NCBI GenBank assembly: GCA_013166775.1 | Contig: JABLTJ010000008.1 | Location: 1 to 64,000, forward strand | Source: Promethearchaeati archaeon | Lineage (GTDB): Archaea > Asgardarchaeota > Heimdallarchaeia > Heimdallarchaeales > Heimdallarchaeaceae | DNA: 64,000 bases | Direction of reading: 5' to 3' | Part shown: piece after piece, positions 9,436 to 18,040 of the stretch | How positions within the stretch are numbered: the first letter of the stretch is position 1 | Layout of the letters: every line of letters starts with the position of its first letter | Position numbers and translations under genes: made by a program | The notes under the pieces: model-generated | What the model saw: only the letters and a program-made list of their open reading frames with translations | What the model was told of the DNA's origin: nothing | The model's database searches: none

Positions 9436-10853
9436 TATATAACCTCCGATTTTCTTCTTCGTTTTACTGTTCCAGCTTCAAGAGTCTCTGGAGATACTAG
9501 TTCATATAAAATGGCCTCTCCCTCTTTTGGTCGTAATATCCTCCCCAGTCTCTGAATGAATTGTCTAGCTTGACCAGTACCACTCACTATAACTCCTACA
9601 TTAACAGAACCACAGTCCCATCCTTCATCTAGCACTTTTCCCGTAACTATTTTTGAGTATTCTCCCTTACTGAATTTTCCAAGAATATCTTCCCTCTCTA
9701 TGCTTTTAGTTTCATGTGTTATTGCTGGTATAAGGTGATTTCTACTTATTTGATATACCATATCATTAAATTCTGAGAAAATTATAATTTTGTCATTTTG
9801 ATGTTCTTGAAGTATATTTTCTATTTTTCTTAACTTTGATTTAGAAGAAAAAACTAGTGTTCTAGCTTTTCTATGTGCATCTAGTGCTGCTTTTGCTTCA
9901 AAATCTTGATTTACTCTGAAAATCAAGTAACGCTCATAATCCTGCGGTGTTTTAATCTGTATCTTTCTTCTTCGAAGGTATCCTCTATAGATTTCCATAT
10001 ATTCATCATAAAGAATCCTTTCTTCTTCATCTAAGGGTATCTTTACACTTTTCAGTTTATAATTGGCAACATATCCCTCTCTAGCTAAATCTGAAATCTT
10101 AGCAACAATAATTGGTTCTCCAATAAGTCTGAAAAGTAATTCTTCACCTTTATCTGATCTATCAGGTGTAGCAGTTAAACCCAATCTAAATCTTGCTGGT
10201 AATCCTTCTAGAACCTTCAGTGTTTCTCTAGCAGCTCCATGATGTGCTTCATCAAAGATTAGCAGGTTAAAGGTTTTTCTTAATAAATTAATGTTTAATC
10301 TCGCACTGTCGTATGTTGTGACAGTTATTTCTTTAATCTCTTTTACTTGATCTCCTAATTGTCCAATCATATCTCTTGTAAGGGAAGTGTATTTTGATAT
10401 ATGATCAATCCATTGATACAATAGATTCTTTGTAGGGACCACAATCACTGCTTTCTCCCCTAGTTCTTCTATAACTTTTAATCCAATGAGCGTTTTCCCG
10501 GCAGCTGTAGGTAAAATTACAACTCCACTGCCATTGTTTCTCATGAATTGGTCAACAGCTTCATTCTGATAATCTCGTAAATTGAGTTTCACTTTGAACT
10601 TAGTTACATATGATTCTGAAAAAGAACTATCTTCAAGAACTAGCGATTTTACTCTGTATCCCTTTTGTTCAAGTAAATTAAGAATCATGTTGTACTTGTG
10701 AGGAGGCGCTCTGTATTCGTTTTCTTTTTTTGGATTAGCTTTGATATGTTTGAGCAAATCTATATTCTCAATCCTTTTTTCTGACTCAATTATCAGATCA
10801 AAAGCTAAACCAAAGCGTACTTTGATATCCTGTGTCATCAGCTCTTCCTCCAT
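9435..10853 (-). CDS. xpb: XPB/Rad25-like SF2 DNA helicase
   Basis: LRDYQ, LPTAAGKT, DEAHH, LTATP, LDEGWD, QRLGRILR. Confidence 0.9.
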   Translation of the reverse strand: MEEELMTQDIKVRFGLAFDLIIESEKRIENIDLLKHIKANPKKENEYRAPPHKYNMILNLLEQKGYRVKSLVLEDSSFSESYVTKFKVKLNLRDYQNEAVDQFMRNNGSGVVILPTAAGKTLIGLKVIEELGEKAVIVVPTKNLLYQWIDHISKYTSLTRDMIGQLGDQVKEIKEITVTTYDSARLNINLLRKTFNLLIFDEAHHGAARETLKVLEGLPARFRLGLTATPDRSDKGEELLFRLIGEPIIVAKISDLAREGYVANYKLKSVKIPLDEEERILYDEYMEIYRGYLRRRKIQIKTPQDYERYLIFRVNQDFEAKAALDAHRKARTLVFSSKSKLRKIENILQEHQNDKIIIFSEFNDMVYQISRNHLIPAITHETKSIEREDILGKFSKGEYSKIVTGKVLDEGWDCGSVNVGVIVSGTGQARQFIQRLGRILRPKEGEAILYELVSPETLEAGTVKRRRKSEVI

Positions 10854-10918
10854 TCAAATAACCATATTTAGATATAAAAATCCTACTTGTAAAAAAGAAA
10901 ATATAAAGGAAAAAGAGT

Positions 10919-11995
10919 TTAAATTGATAGTTTTCTTGGATTAAGGTATAGGTTAGACTCGCTATCATCTAATTTGACATCAGTATCTGTGTTTTTCAGC
11001 TCTTTAAGAGATTTCTTTATGTTTTTCTTGATACCCTTTAGGAATCTCAGAGTAGAACTAAATAGGATCAACATATTGAAAAATGTCTTATCAGTTGCTA
11101 ATTTTTCATCATAAATATCTATTTTAAATTTTCCACCAAGATTCGCGAACTTTCCATTTATCTTAGCAATTATTTTGTCGTGAATATCTTTTACCATCCA
11201 ATCTGAACCAGGAGTTAATCTTTTATCATCGAAAACAAAAGATCTGAAAATATCATTTTCATCTAAGTAACTGAAACCAAAAACTTGTCCTTGAAAACGA
11301 GGATAATGAGCTAAACGTTTGATTCTGAATAAATTGCGAGTATGTTTAAAGATACAGATGAAAGCAGGACATGGTTCTTTTGTGGCATGAGATATCGCAA
11401 AACTTTCTCCTTGCAATCTTTCAATACTGCCTCTCCAGTATCCACTAGGGGAGAACATTTTCATTACAAATCTTCTTTCCAACGGATCTGTCTCTTTCCA
11501 AATTTTTTCGCGAAGTGCTAAATGACCATAGTCCTTATCATTGATTTTTACTAAACCAATCAGATCCATATCTCTAGTCCATTGTCTATCCTTTTGAGCT
11601 CTCTGGGCATCTAATCTTATACCCCATTCCTGTCTATGCATTTTGGTTCTCCAAAGATCAACAACAATATGGGAGTAAACAATTTGTTCTTCCTTCTTTT
11701 TCTCATCCTCTGTAGGTAATGTCTCATCCAGCTTTTTGGGAGTTATTTCCTTTTCCTCCTCTTCAGCTCTATCTTCCTTATACTCCTCTTCGAATTCTTC
11801 TTGGATTTCCTCTTCTTCTTCTATCTGCATTTTTGCTTGAGTATGGACTTCCTCTTCCACTTCCTCTTCTTCTATTTCTTCTCTTTGATCTTCAATAGCA
11901 TCTAGAAGTTCTGATTGAAAAGAGCTTTTTTCCTCTTGTACCTCTTCTTTTTCTTCTTCTTTACGCTCGTATTCTTCACTATTCATTCTAATCAT
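10919..11995 (-). CDS. Hypothetical protein: Glu-rich N-terminus, beta-rich C-terminus (possibly tubby/LURP/scramblase-like)
   Basis: ~100 aa acidic stretch; C-terminal GSDWMVKD..IIAKINGK..GGKFKIDIYD followed by a hydrophobic helix. Fold call is tentative. Confidence 0.55.
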   Translation of the reverse strand: MIRMNSEEYERKEEEKEEVQEEKSSFQSELLDAIEDQREEIEEEEVEEEVHTQAKMQIEEEEEIQEEFEEEYKEDRAEEEEKEITPKKLDETLPTEDEKKKEEQIVYSHIVVDLWRTKMHRQEWGIRLDAQRAQKDRQWTRDMDLIGLVKINDKDYGHLALREKIWKETDPLERRFVMKMFSPSGYWRGSIERLQGESFAISHATKEPCPAFICIFKHTRNLFRIKRLAHYPRFQGQVFGFSYLDENDIFRSFVFDDKRLTPGSDWMVKDIHDKIIAKINGKFANLGGKFKIDIYDEKLATDKTFFNMLILFSSTLRFLKGIKKNIKKSLKELKNTDTDVKLDDSESNLYLNPRKLSI

Positions 11996-12080
11996 TCCTT
12001 CGTTATAAGATTATTAAAACAAATTCTTTAAAGTTTCTGATACGATTATATGATATCAAAGTGCAAATTGATGATTTATT

Positions 12081-12839
12081 TCATAAATCTTTAATAGATT
12101 TTAAAAGTAGAGGTAGGGTTTCTAATGCATCTCCTCTAACAACATAATGTACCAATTTATCATAGTAAGTTGGTGTAAGATTAAACAGAGCTTTCTTTGT
12201 AGATGGTGGAGGTGCAAGAAGAATATCTGCAGCAGGAAATACTTCTAGACTTGTTGCTACTCCAATACCAATACTACTTGCTTTAGCGATTTTCATCGCT
12301 GGCTTAAAGATTGCCATATCTAAAGGCTCCTCAAATAAAACAACTTTTGGCTTTAGAGGTTTTTTACATCTTGGACAAGTAGGATAAGGTACTTCCTTTA
12401 GATGTCTCTCAACATCCATATCCTCCTCAAACGAGCACTTCCAACAATGCATAATATCTGGAGTTCCATGTAATTCAGATACGTTTTTTGATCCAGATTT
12501 TTGATGCAATCCATCTATATTTTGTGTTGCTATGAAGACTTTATCGTCACCAATCAGTTTCTGGATTTCAGTAATAGAATCGTGAATTAGGTTAGGTTTA
12601 ACTTCCCCAAAAGTAGAGTAAAGTTCTTTGAAAAACTCCCAAACCTTTTCAGGTCTCTTTCTAAATGCTCGAAGTGTAGCAACTTCAAGTGGATTGTACC
12701 TCTCCCATAATCCTCCTGGAGAACGGAAATCTGGTATCCCACTATGTACACTACAACCTGCACCAGTGAAGAACATTACAGAGTCAGCTTCCTTGATAAG
12801 TTGAGCTATTTTTCTTATTGTTTCTTCAACCTTAATCAT
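12081..12839 (-). CDS. Sir2 family NAD-dependent protein deacylase
   Basis: FTGAGCS..SGIPDFRSPGGLW, TQNIDGLHQ, ELHG, Zn Cys pairs, KPKVVLFEE. Confidence 0.93.
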   Translation of the reverse strand: MIKVEETIRKIAQLIKEADSVMFFTGAGCSVHSGIPDFRSPGGLWERYNPLEVATLRAFRKRPEKVWEFFKELYSTFGEVKPNLIHDSITEIQKLIGDDKVFIATQNIDGLHQKSGSKNVSELHGTPDIMHCWKCSFEEDMDVERHLKEVPYPTCPRCKKPLKPKVVLFEEPLDMAIFKPAMKIAKASSIGIGVATSLEVFPAADILLAPPPSTKKALFNLTPTYYDKLVHYVVRGDALETLPLLLKSIKDL

Positions 12840-12984
12840 AATCTACCAACTTAGTTTTTGATTCTAGTTCTTCTTAGATTTCACATGTAATTAGTTCTAT
12901 TTAACCTTTAACTAGCTAGTATAATAGATTACATTCTCAAGTCCTCTTCGAAAACTTAAAAAAATCTAATCTTTTCCAAAACCT

Positions 12985-13581
12985 ATGGATTATTATTTAA
13001 CAACACCAATTTCTCCAGAAAAATTGAAAGAAATCAAGATTGGAGATATCGTGTATGTGACTGGAACTATAGTAACAGCCAGAGATGAAGCGCATCTTAA
13101 AGCTTTGGAACTACATAAAGAAGGTAAAAAACCACCTGTAGATTTTGAGGGAATAGGTTTGTTTCATTGTGGTCCTGTCATGAAAAAAAATGAGAATGAT
13201 GAATGGACTGTCGTAGCTGCAGGACCTACTACTTCAGCAAGAATGGAAATCTTTCAAGACGAATTCATTAAAACCTTTCATCCTGGAATCATAATAGGTA
13301 AAGGTGGAATGGGAGAACGAACTACTAAAGCATGTCAAGAAGAAGCGTGTATTTATGGTTACTTTACTGGCGGTGCAGCTCTTTTAGCTGCTGATAGAAT
13401 AAAGAAAGTCAAAGATGTTTTCTGGTTAGAAGAGTTAGGAATGCCTGAATGTCTCTGGGTATATGAAGTAGAGAATTTTGGCCCTTTAACCGTTACAATA
13501 GATACTCACGGTGGAAACCTAACAGATGAATCTAAGAAGAAAATTGAAGAAAATAAAAAGAAAATCTTACAGGAGTTGTAA
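12985..13581 (+). CDS. Class I fumarate hydratase / tartrate dehydratase beta subunit
   Basis: TARDEAH, HCGP, AAGPTTSARM, IGKGG, ELGMPE. Confidence 0.93.
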   Translation: MDYYLTTPISPEKLKEIKIGDIVYVTGTIVTARDEAHLKALELHKEGKKPPVDFEGIGLFHCGPVMKKNENDEWTVVAAGPTTSARMEIFQDEFIKTFHPGIIIGKGGMGERTTKACQEEACIYGYFTGGAALLAADRIKKVKDVFWLEELGMPECLWVYEVENFGPLTVTIDTHGGNLTDESKKKIEENKKKILQEL

Positions 13582-14464
13582 TTAGATGAAAAATATAGCA
13601 CAAGTAATAGAAGATACTGCAGCACAATTACTCAAAATTGCTGCAACAAAGTTACCAACTGAAGTAAAAGAAACGTTAGTTGACAGTGAAGAGAAAACTG
13701 TAGGGGTATTAGGGAGATCACAACTCCAAGCAATTAATGAAAATGTAAGAATTGCTGAATTAAGTAGTAAACCAATGTGTCAAGATACCGGATTAGTTTC
13801 TTTCTTTGTTAAAATTGGTGATAAGTTCCCCTTGCGATCGGAAGTGAAAACTGCTTTGATAAAAGCTACAAAAAAAGCTACTTCTGATGTTCCATTAAGA
13901 CCTAATGCTGTTGATATGTTTAAAGGAAACACAAAGAATAATGTAGGTCTAAGAGGTTATGTTCCATGGTTTTATTTTGATCTTGCAGAAGGAGATTCAT
14001 TAGAAATCATTGCTTTACCAAAAGGGGGAGGAAGTTCCAACGTAGGTAAAATGAAGATGGTTCCTCCAGGTAAAGGAATCAAAGGTGTCAAGGAGTTTGT
14101 TGTTGAAGCTTTAGCTGCAGCAGGTCCTCTTGCCTGTCCGCCATATACTGTTGGTGTAGGTGTTGGTGGTGGAGAAGATATGTGCATGAACCTAGCAAAG
14201 AAAGCACTTCTAAGACCTTTATTTGTGTATCATGAAGATGAAACAATCGCTGATTTGGAAAAAGAACTTCTACATACTTTAAACAAATTGGAGATAGGAG
14301 CTATGGGTTTAGGTGAAGGACCTTCAATACTAGATGTTCATATGGAGTTTGCAGCGAGACATCCTGCTAGCTTACCAGTAGGTGTAGTAATCTCATGTTG
14401 GGCTCTTAGACATGCGGGAGCTACTATTGATAACGAAGGAAATGTGAATTGGCACATTCATTAA
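13459..14464 (+). repeat. Left copy of ~1-kb imperfect direct repeat (beta-subunit 3' end plus whole alpha gene)
   Basis: Aligns by eye with 16983-17989 (GTATATGAAGTAGAGAATTTTGG vs GTTTATGAAGTTGAGAATTTTGG onward). Confidence 0.95.
13586..14464 (+). CDS. Class I fumarate hydratase / tartrate dehydratase alpha subunit (copy 1)
   Basis: PMCQDTG, PLRPN, PKGGGS, ACPP, RHPASLP, SCWALR [4Fe-4S] Cys motifs. Confidence 0.93.
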   Translation: MKNIAQVIEDTAAQLLKIAATKLPTEVKETLVDSEEKTVGVLGRSQLQAINENVRIAELSSKPMCQDTGLVSFFVKIGDKFPLRSEVKTALIKATKKATSDVPLRPNAVDMFKGNTKNNVGLRGYVPWFYFDLAEGDSLEIIALPKGGGSSNVGKMKMVPPGKGIKGVKEFVVEALAAAGPLACPPYTVGVGVGGGEDMCMNLAKKALLRPLFVYHEDETIADLEKELLHTLNKLEIGAMGLGEGPSILDVHMEFAARHPASLPVGVVISCWALRHAGATIDNEGNVNWHIH

Positions 14465-14465
14465 A

Positions 14466-15713
14466 TTATCTTTTTTTTCTCTTATAAAGAAAAATAACAA
14501 CCAATGATCCTATAATTTGTGAAAATAAAGCTGCTGAAAAATTACTCCATGTTTCATTAATTTCAGTGTAAGGAGATAAAGGGGGGTGTTTGACAGTGAT
14601 ATTCTCATTTAAAATATCAAGTTTGTTGTTTTCTGAGAAAATCATAATTGCTTTGCAAGTATCATAGATATCACCATGTATTTCATCTTTCCATTCAAAA
14701 GGAAAATTACCATATAGCTCTTGTTGTGATTGTTTAATTTCCAAGATCATATCCTCATTGTTGATAAACTGTGAATGGTAACTATTTCCATTTATTCTGG
14801 TAAAATCCATCAATACATATGCAATAGAAATTCTAAAAGCTGAATAGTAATTCCAATCAAAACTTTCAGTAATTATCTCATTCAATCTGGTTTTGTTAAT
14901 CAGATGAACTTGATTACTAATGTTTAGATATGAATATGCATAGACAGTTTCTCCAATATTCTCTCCACCCGGCATTAAGGGGTGAGAAAAATAACCACTT
15001 GATGTTTGCCAACTTAGTAAATAGTCAGTAGCTTTTGACCAATTGACTTGACTAAGCTCATTTAATTCTTTAAGTAAAACATATGCGAAATATGTGGAAC
15101 TGGCTGGAGCAAGACCATCTTTATGCGACCTAAAACCTCCTTCTTCGATATAATTATTCATAATCATATTAATCCATTTTATCTTGGAGATTCTCTCTGA
15201 TTCATCTAAGAAGCTTAAAGTTTTGAAAATTCCTAAAAGATCTTTTGATCCATAATAATCAGAATTTTCATTCACTTCCGATTCAATCCAATTTAATAGA
15301 ATTGTTGTGTTAATCTTTGTAATCTCATTTAGCTTTAACAATGTACCAAAACCAAACCAAGTACTCCAGATATCAGGATTTTCAACAGCTGAATTACCAT
15401 CCAAAACCTCTCTTATTGGTTTTCTCATGAAACCTCCACTTTCTTTATCAAAACAACTTATTATGTACTCAACTACTGCTTGAAATCTACTCATTTCAAC
15501 ATTCTCTAGAAGATACTCTCTACTAAACGATGCAACTGATTTATTTTTTTTAATGATAAAAATTACACTAAAAGTACTTATACTTAATAAAATAATCAAT
15601 AAAAGGGACATTAAAGCTATTTTATTTCTTCTCTTGTTTTTGAATATCTTAAGAAAAGAAAATAAAGAGAAAGAAGTGATGTCTTTCTCTTTAATATCAT
15701 CTTTGTTATTCAT
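14466..15713 (-). CDS. Membrane-anchored prenyltransferase/squalene-oxidase repeat (alpha/alpha barrel) protein
   Basis: N-terminal TM; repeats SGGF..DIWSTWFG, EGGF..ASSTYFA, SWQTSSGYF..GETVYA, SQQELYGNF..IYDTCKA; C-terminal TM plus KRKKR. Confidence 0.75.
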   Translation of the reverse strand: MNNKDDIKEKDITSFSLFSFLKIFKNKRRNKIALMSLLLIILLSISTFSVIFIIKKNKSVASFSREYLLENVEMSRFQAVVEYIISCFDKESGGFMRKPIREVLDGNSAVENPDIWSTWFGFGTLLKLNEITKINTTILLNWIESEVNENSDYYGSKDLLGIFKTLSFLDESERISKIKWINMIMNNYIEEGGFRSHKDGLAPASSTYFAYVLLKELNELSQVNWSKATDYLLSWQTSSGYFSHPLMPGGENIGETVYAYSYLNISNQVHLINKTRLNEIITESFDWNYYSAFRISIAYVLMDFTRINGNSYHSQFINNEDMILEIKQSQQELYGNFPFEWKDEIHGDIYDTCKAIMIFSENNKLDILNENITVKHPPLSPYTEINETWSNFSAALFSQIIGSLVVIFLYKRKKR

Positions 15714-15739
15714 CTATTACTATCACATCATTGTTTTTA

Positions 15740-16780
15740 TTAAATATATGTCAATGTATCGGTGTTATAATCTTTCATTCTATATGGAAAATCTGGTAAA
15801 CTGCTAAAGAACCAAGGTAAAATCAGAATCGGAAATAGTAGTATTAATATTATTATTAGAGCAGCTATCATTGTAAGTGTAATAGCCCATGTAGGATAGA
15901 TAGAAATTAGATAACTCGTAATGTCCTCTTCTGTTCCCCAGAAATCATCTGCTAATGAATCAATAAGATTATCTACAGAACCACCAAAAACATCGTCCAT
16001 CACTTCTTGATTAACAGTATCTGCATTATCAGATGCTTCATCGTAATCTTGTTCAACAAAAGTAAAAGCTTCTTCTACAGAATAATGCTCAGTTAAAGCG
16101 TAGTAATAAAAGATATTTGCAACAGCTTTAGACAAAGCAACACTCGCATCACCTATTCCTCCAATAACAACTTCTGCTCCTAGTTTATGAAAACCATCAG
16201 CAAGTCTATCATTATCCATTGAGTGGCAGCCTGTCATTAATACAAATCTCAAATGCCAATAAGATTTTTCTGTACTAAGATCATCTAGATCTGAATATTT
16301 CACTTTACTTTCATCTGGTAATTTTAGGTACGGTTCTTCATCTTCTATATCTCCATGGCCTACGTATGAAATTGCTAACTTATTAGTTGTCATAGAATCG
16401 GAATCATCTATTGCTTGTAGAAATTCAGTTTTGTCGTCGGTTGTTGGGTTATGTATATGCCAATTCCATTGAGAATATATATCTTCTGTATCTGTTGTTT
16501 GAGGATCACCGAGATCTGGATCTGGATTGAGTGATAGAAGTGTTCTATAGTAGTATGTAGGTGGTGGATCTCCCCCTCCTCCTCCCCCACCACCGCCAGG
16601 ATCCAATTCGATGGGTCCATAACTACTAAACAAGTAAGCTAGAATTCACTGCTTTTTGATTTCAAATATACCTTCTTTTGTAAGTTCTATTTGTAATGGC
16701 ATAGATGTACTAGTAGAAATCAATAAAATAGAAATGAATAGTGTTGATAGTAGAGATTTTTTATGCTTATTTTTAATCAT
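15740..16780 (-). pseudogene. Exported caspase/CHAT-fold (clan CD-like) protease with in-frame TGA at 16646-16648
   Basis: ATG 16780 preceded by AGGTGA; MIKNKHKKSLLSTLFISILLISTST signal-like peptide in frame with track ORF 15740..16633 across one TGA; YVGHG and FVLMTGCHS dyad motifs; C-terminal TM. Confidence 0.7.
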
Positions 16781-16797
16781 TTTTTTTCACCTAATTG

Positions 16798-16818
16798 ACT
16801 TGAATTATATTTTCAAGT
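16798..16818. promoter_or_regulatory. Inverted repeat ACTTGAA-N7-TTCAAGT over the probable TATA region of the cassette
   Basis: Perfect 7-bp arms, 18-38 bp upstream of ATG 16780. Confidence 0.4.
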
Positions 16819-16872
16819 TATTGATATGTAATCTCTCCCTTTACTGAAAGTTTCAAATTTACGAAATATGAA

Positions 16873-16898
16873 ATTCAGCATAAAGATTCAGCATAAAG
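16873..16898. repeat. 13-bp perfect tandem duplication ATTCAGCATAAAG x2
   Basis: Directly visible in the sequence. Confidence 0.9.
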
Positions 16899-16982
16899 AA
16901 ATTGAAATAAACTATTTAAAGTTTTGTTAAAATAAATCTTTAAACGTGAGGAAGTATAATACACAAGAAGTATTCAAGTATA

Positions 16983-17105
16983 GTTTATGAAGTTGAGAAT
17001 TTTGGATCTCTGACGGTTACAATAGATACATATGGTGGAAACCTAACAGCTGAATCTAAGAAGAAAATTGAAGAAAACAAGGAGAAAATCCTACAGGAGT
17101 TGTAA
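16983..17105 (+). pseudogene. Orphan 3' fragment (last 40 codons) of the fumarate hydratase beta subunit
   Basis: VYEVENFGSLTVTIDTYGGNLTAESKKKIEENKEKILQEL* versus intact VYEVENFGPLTVTIDTHGGNLTDESKKKIEENKKKILQEL*. Confidence 0.92.
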
Positions 17106-17110
17106 TTAAA

Positions 17111-17989
17111 ATGAAAGATATTGCACAAGTAATAGAAGATACAGCAGCTCAATTACTCAAAATTGCTGCAACAAAGTTGCCTACTGAAGTAAAAGAAACG
17201 CTAGTTGACAGTGAAGAGAAAACAGTAGGAGCATTAGGAAGATCACAACTCCAAGCAATCAATGAGAATGTGAGGATAGCTGAAGCTACAAGTAAACCAA
17301 TGTGTCAAGATACAGGATTAGTTTCTTTCTTCGTAAAAATTGGTGATAAGTTTCCACTACGTTCAGAAGTGAAAACTGCTTTGATTAATGCTACTAAAAA
17401 AGCTACTTCCGATGTTCCATTAAGACCTAATGCTGTTGATATGTTTAAAGGAAACACTAAGAATAATGTAGGATTAAGAGGTTATGTTCCTTGGTTTTAT
17501 TTTGATCTTGTAGAAGGAGATTCATTGGAAATCATTGCTTTACCAAAAGGAGGAGGAAGTTCCAATGTAGGTAAGATGAAGATGATCCCTCCAGGAAAAG
17601 GAATCAAAGGAGTTAAGGAGTTTGTAGTTGAAGCATTAGCTGCAGCTGGACCTCTAGCTTGCCCACCTTATACTGTAGGTGTAGGTGTTGGAGGTGGAGA
17701 AGACATGTGTATGAATTTAGCTAAGAAAGCACTTCTAAGACCTTTATTTGTATATCATAAAGACGAAACAATAGCTGATTTGGAAAAAGAACTTCTACAT
17801 ACTTTAAACAAATTGGAAATAGGAGCTATGGGTTTAGGTGAAGGACCCTCCATTCTGGATGTCCATATGGAATTTGCAGCAAGACACCCAGCATCTTTAC
17901 CTGTAGGTGTAGTTATTTCATGCTGGGCTTTAAGACACGCTGGGGCTACTATTGATAAAGAAGGAGATGTGGAGTGGAATCCACATTAG
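17111..17989 (+). CDS. Class I fumarate hydratase / tartrate dehydratase alpha subunit (copy 2)
   Basis: 292 aa; 13 aa differences from copy 1 by manual count. Confidence 0.93.
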   Translation: MKDIAQVIEDTAAQLLKIAATKLPTEVKETLVDSEEKTVGALGRSQLQAINENVRIAEATSKPMCQDTGLVSFFVKIGDKFPLRSEVKTALINATKKATSDVPLRPNAVDMFKGNTKNNVGLRGYVPWFYFDLVEGDSLEIIALPKGGGSSNVGKMKMIPPGKGIKGVKEFVVEALAAAGPLACPPYTVGVGVGGGEDMCMNLAKKALLRPLFVYHKDETIADLEKELLHTLNKLEIGAMGLGEGPSILDVHMEFAARHPASLPVGVVISCWALRHAGATIDKEGDVEWNPH

Positions 17990-18040
17990 TTTTCTTACAT
18001 TGAGTAACTCTTATTACTGTCAGTAAATTTAGATAAAAAC

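Larger units (their letters stand above)
16983..17989 (+). repeat. Right copy of ~1-kb imperfect direct repeat
   Basis: Homologous to 13459-14464. Confidence 0.95.

Noticed and set aside
7690-10853. Helicase-nuclease pair as a novel defence system
   Set aside because: Matches the known archaeal XPB-Bax1 pair
14466-16982. Classical IS, provirus or integrase island
   Set aside because: No transposase, integrase, tRNA att site or terminal inverted repeats seen; the boundaries are gene-length homology
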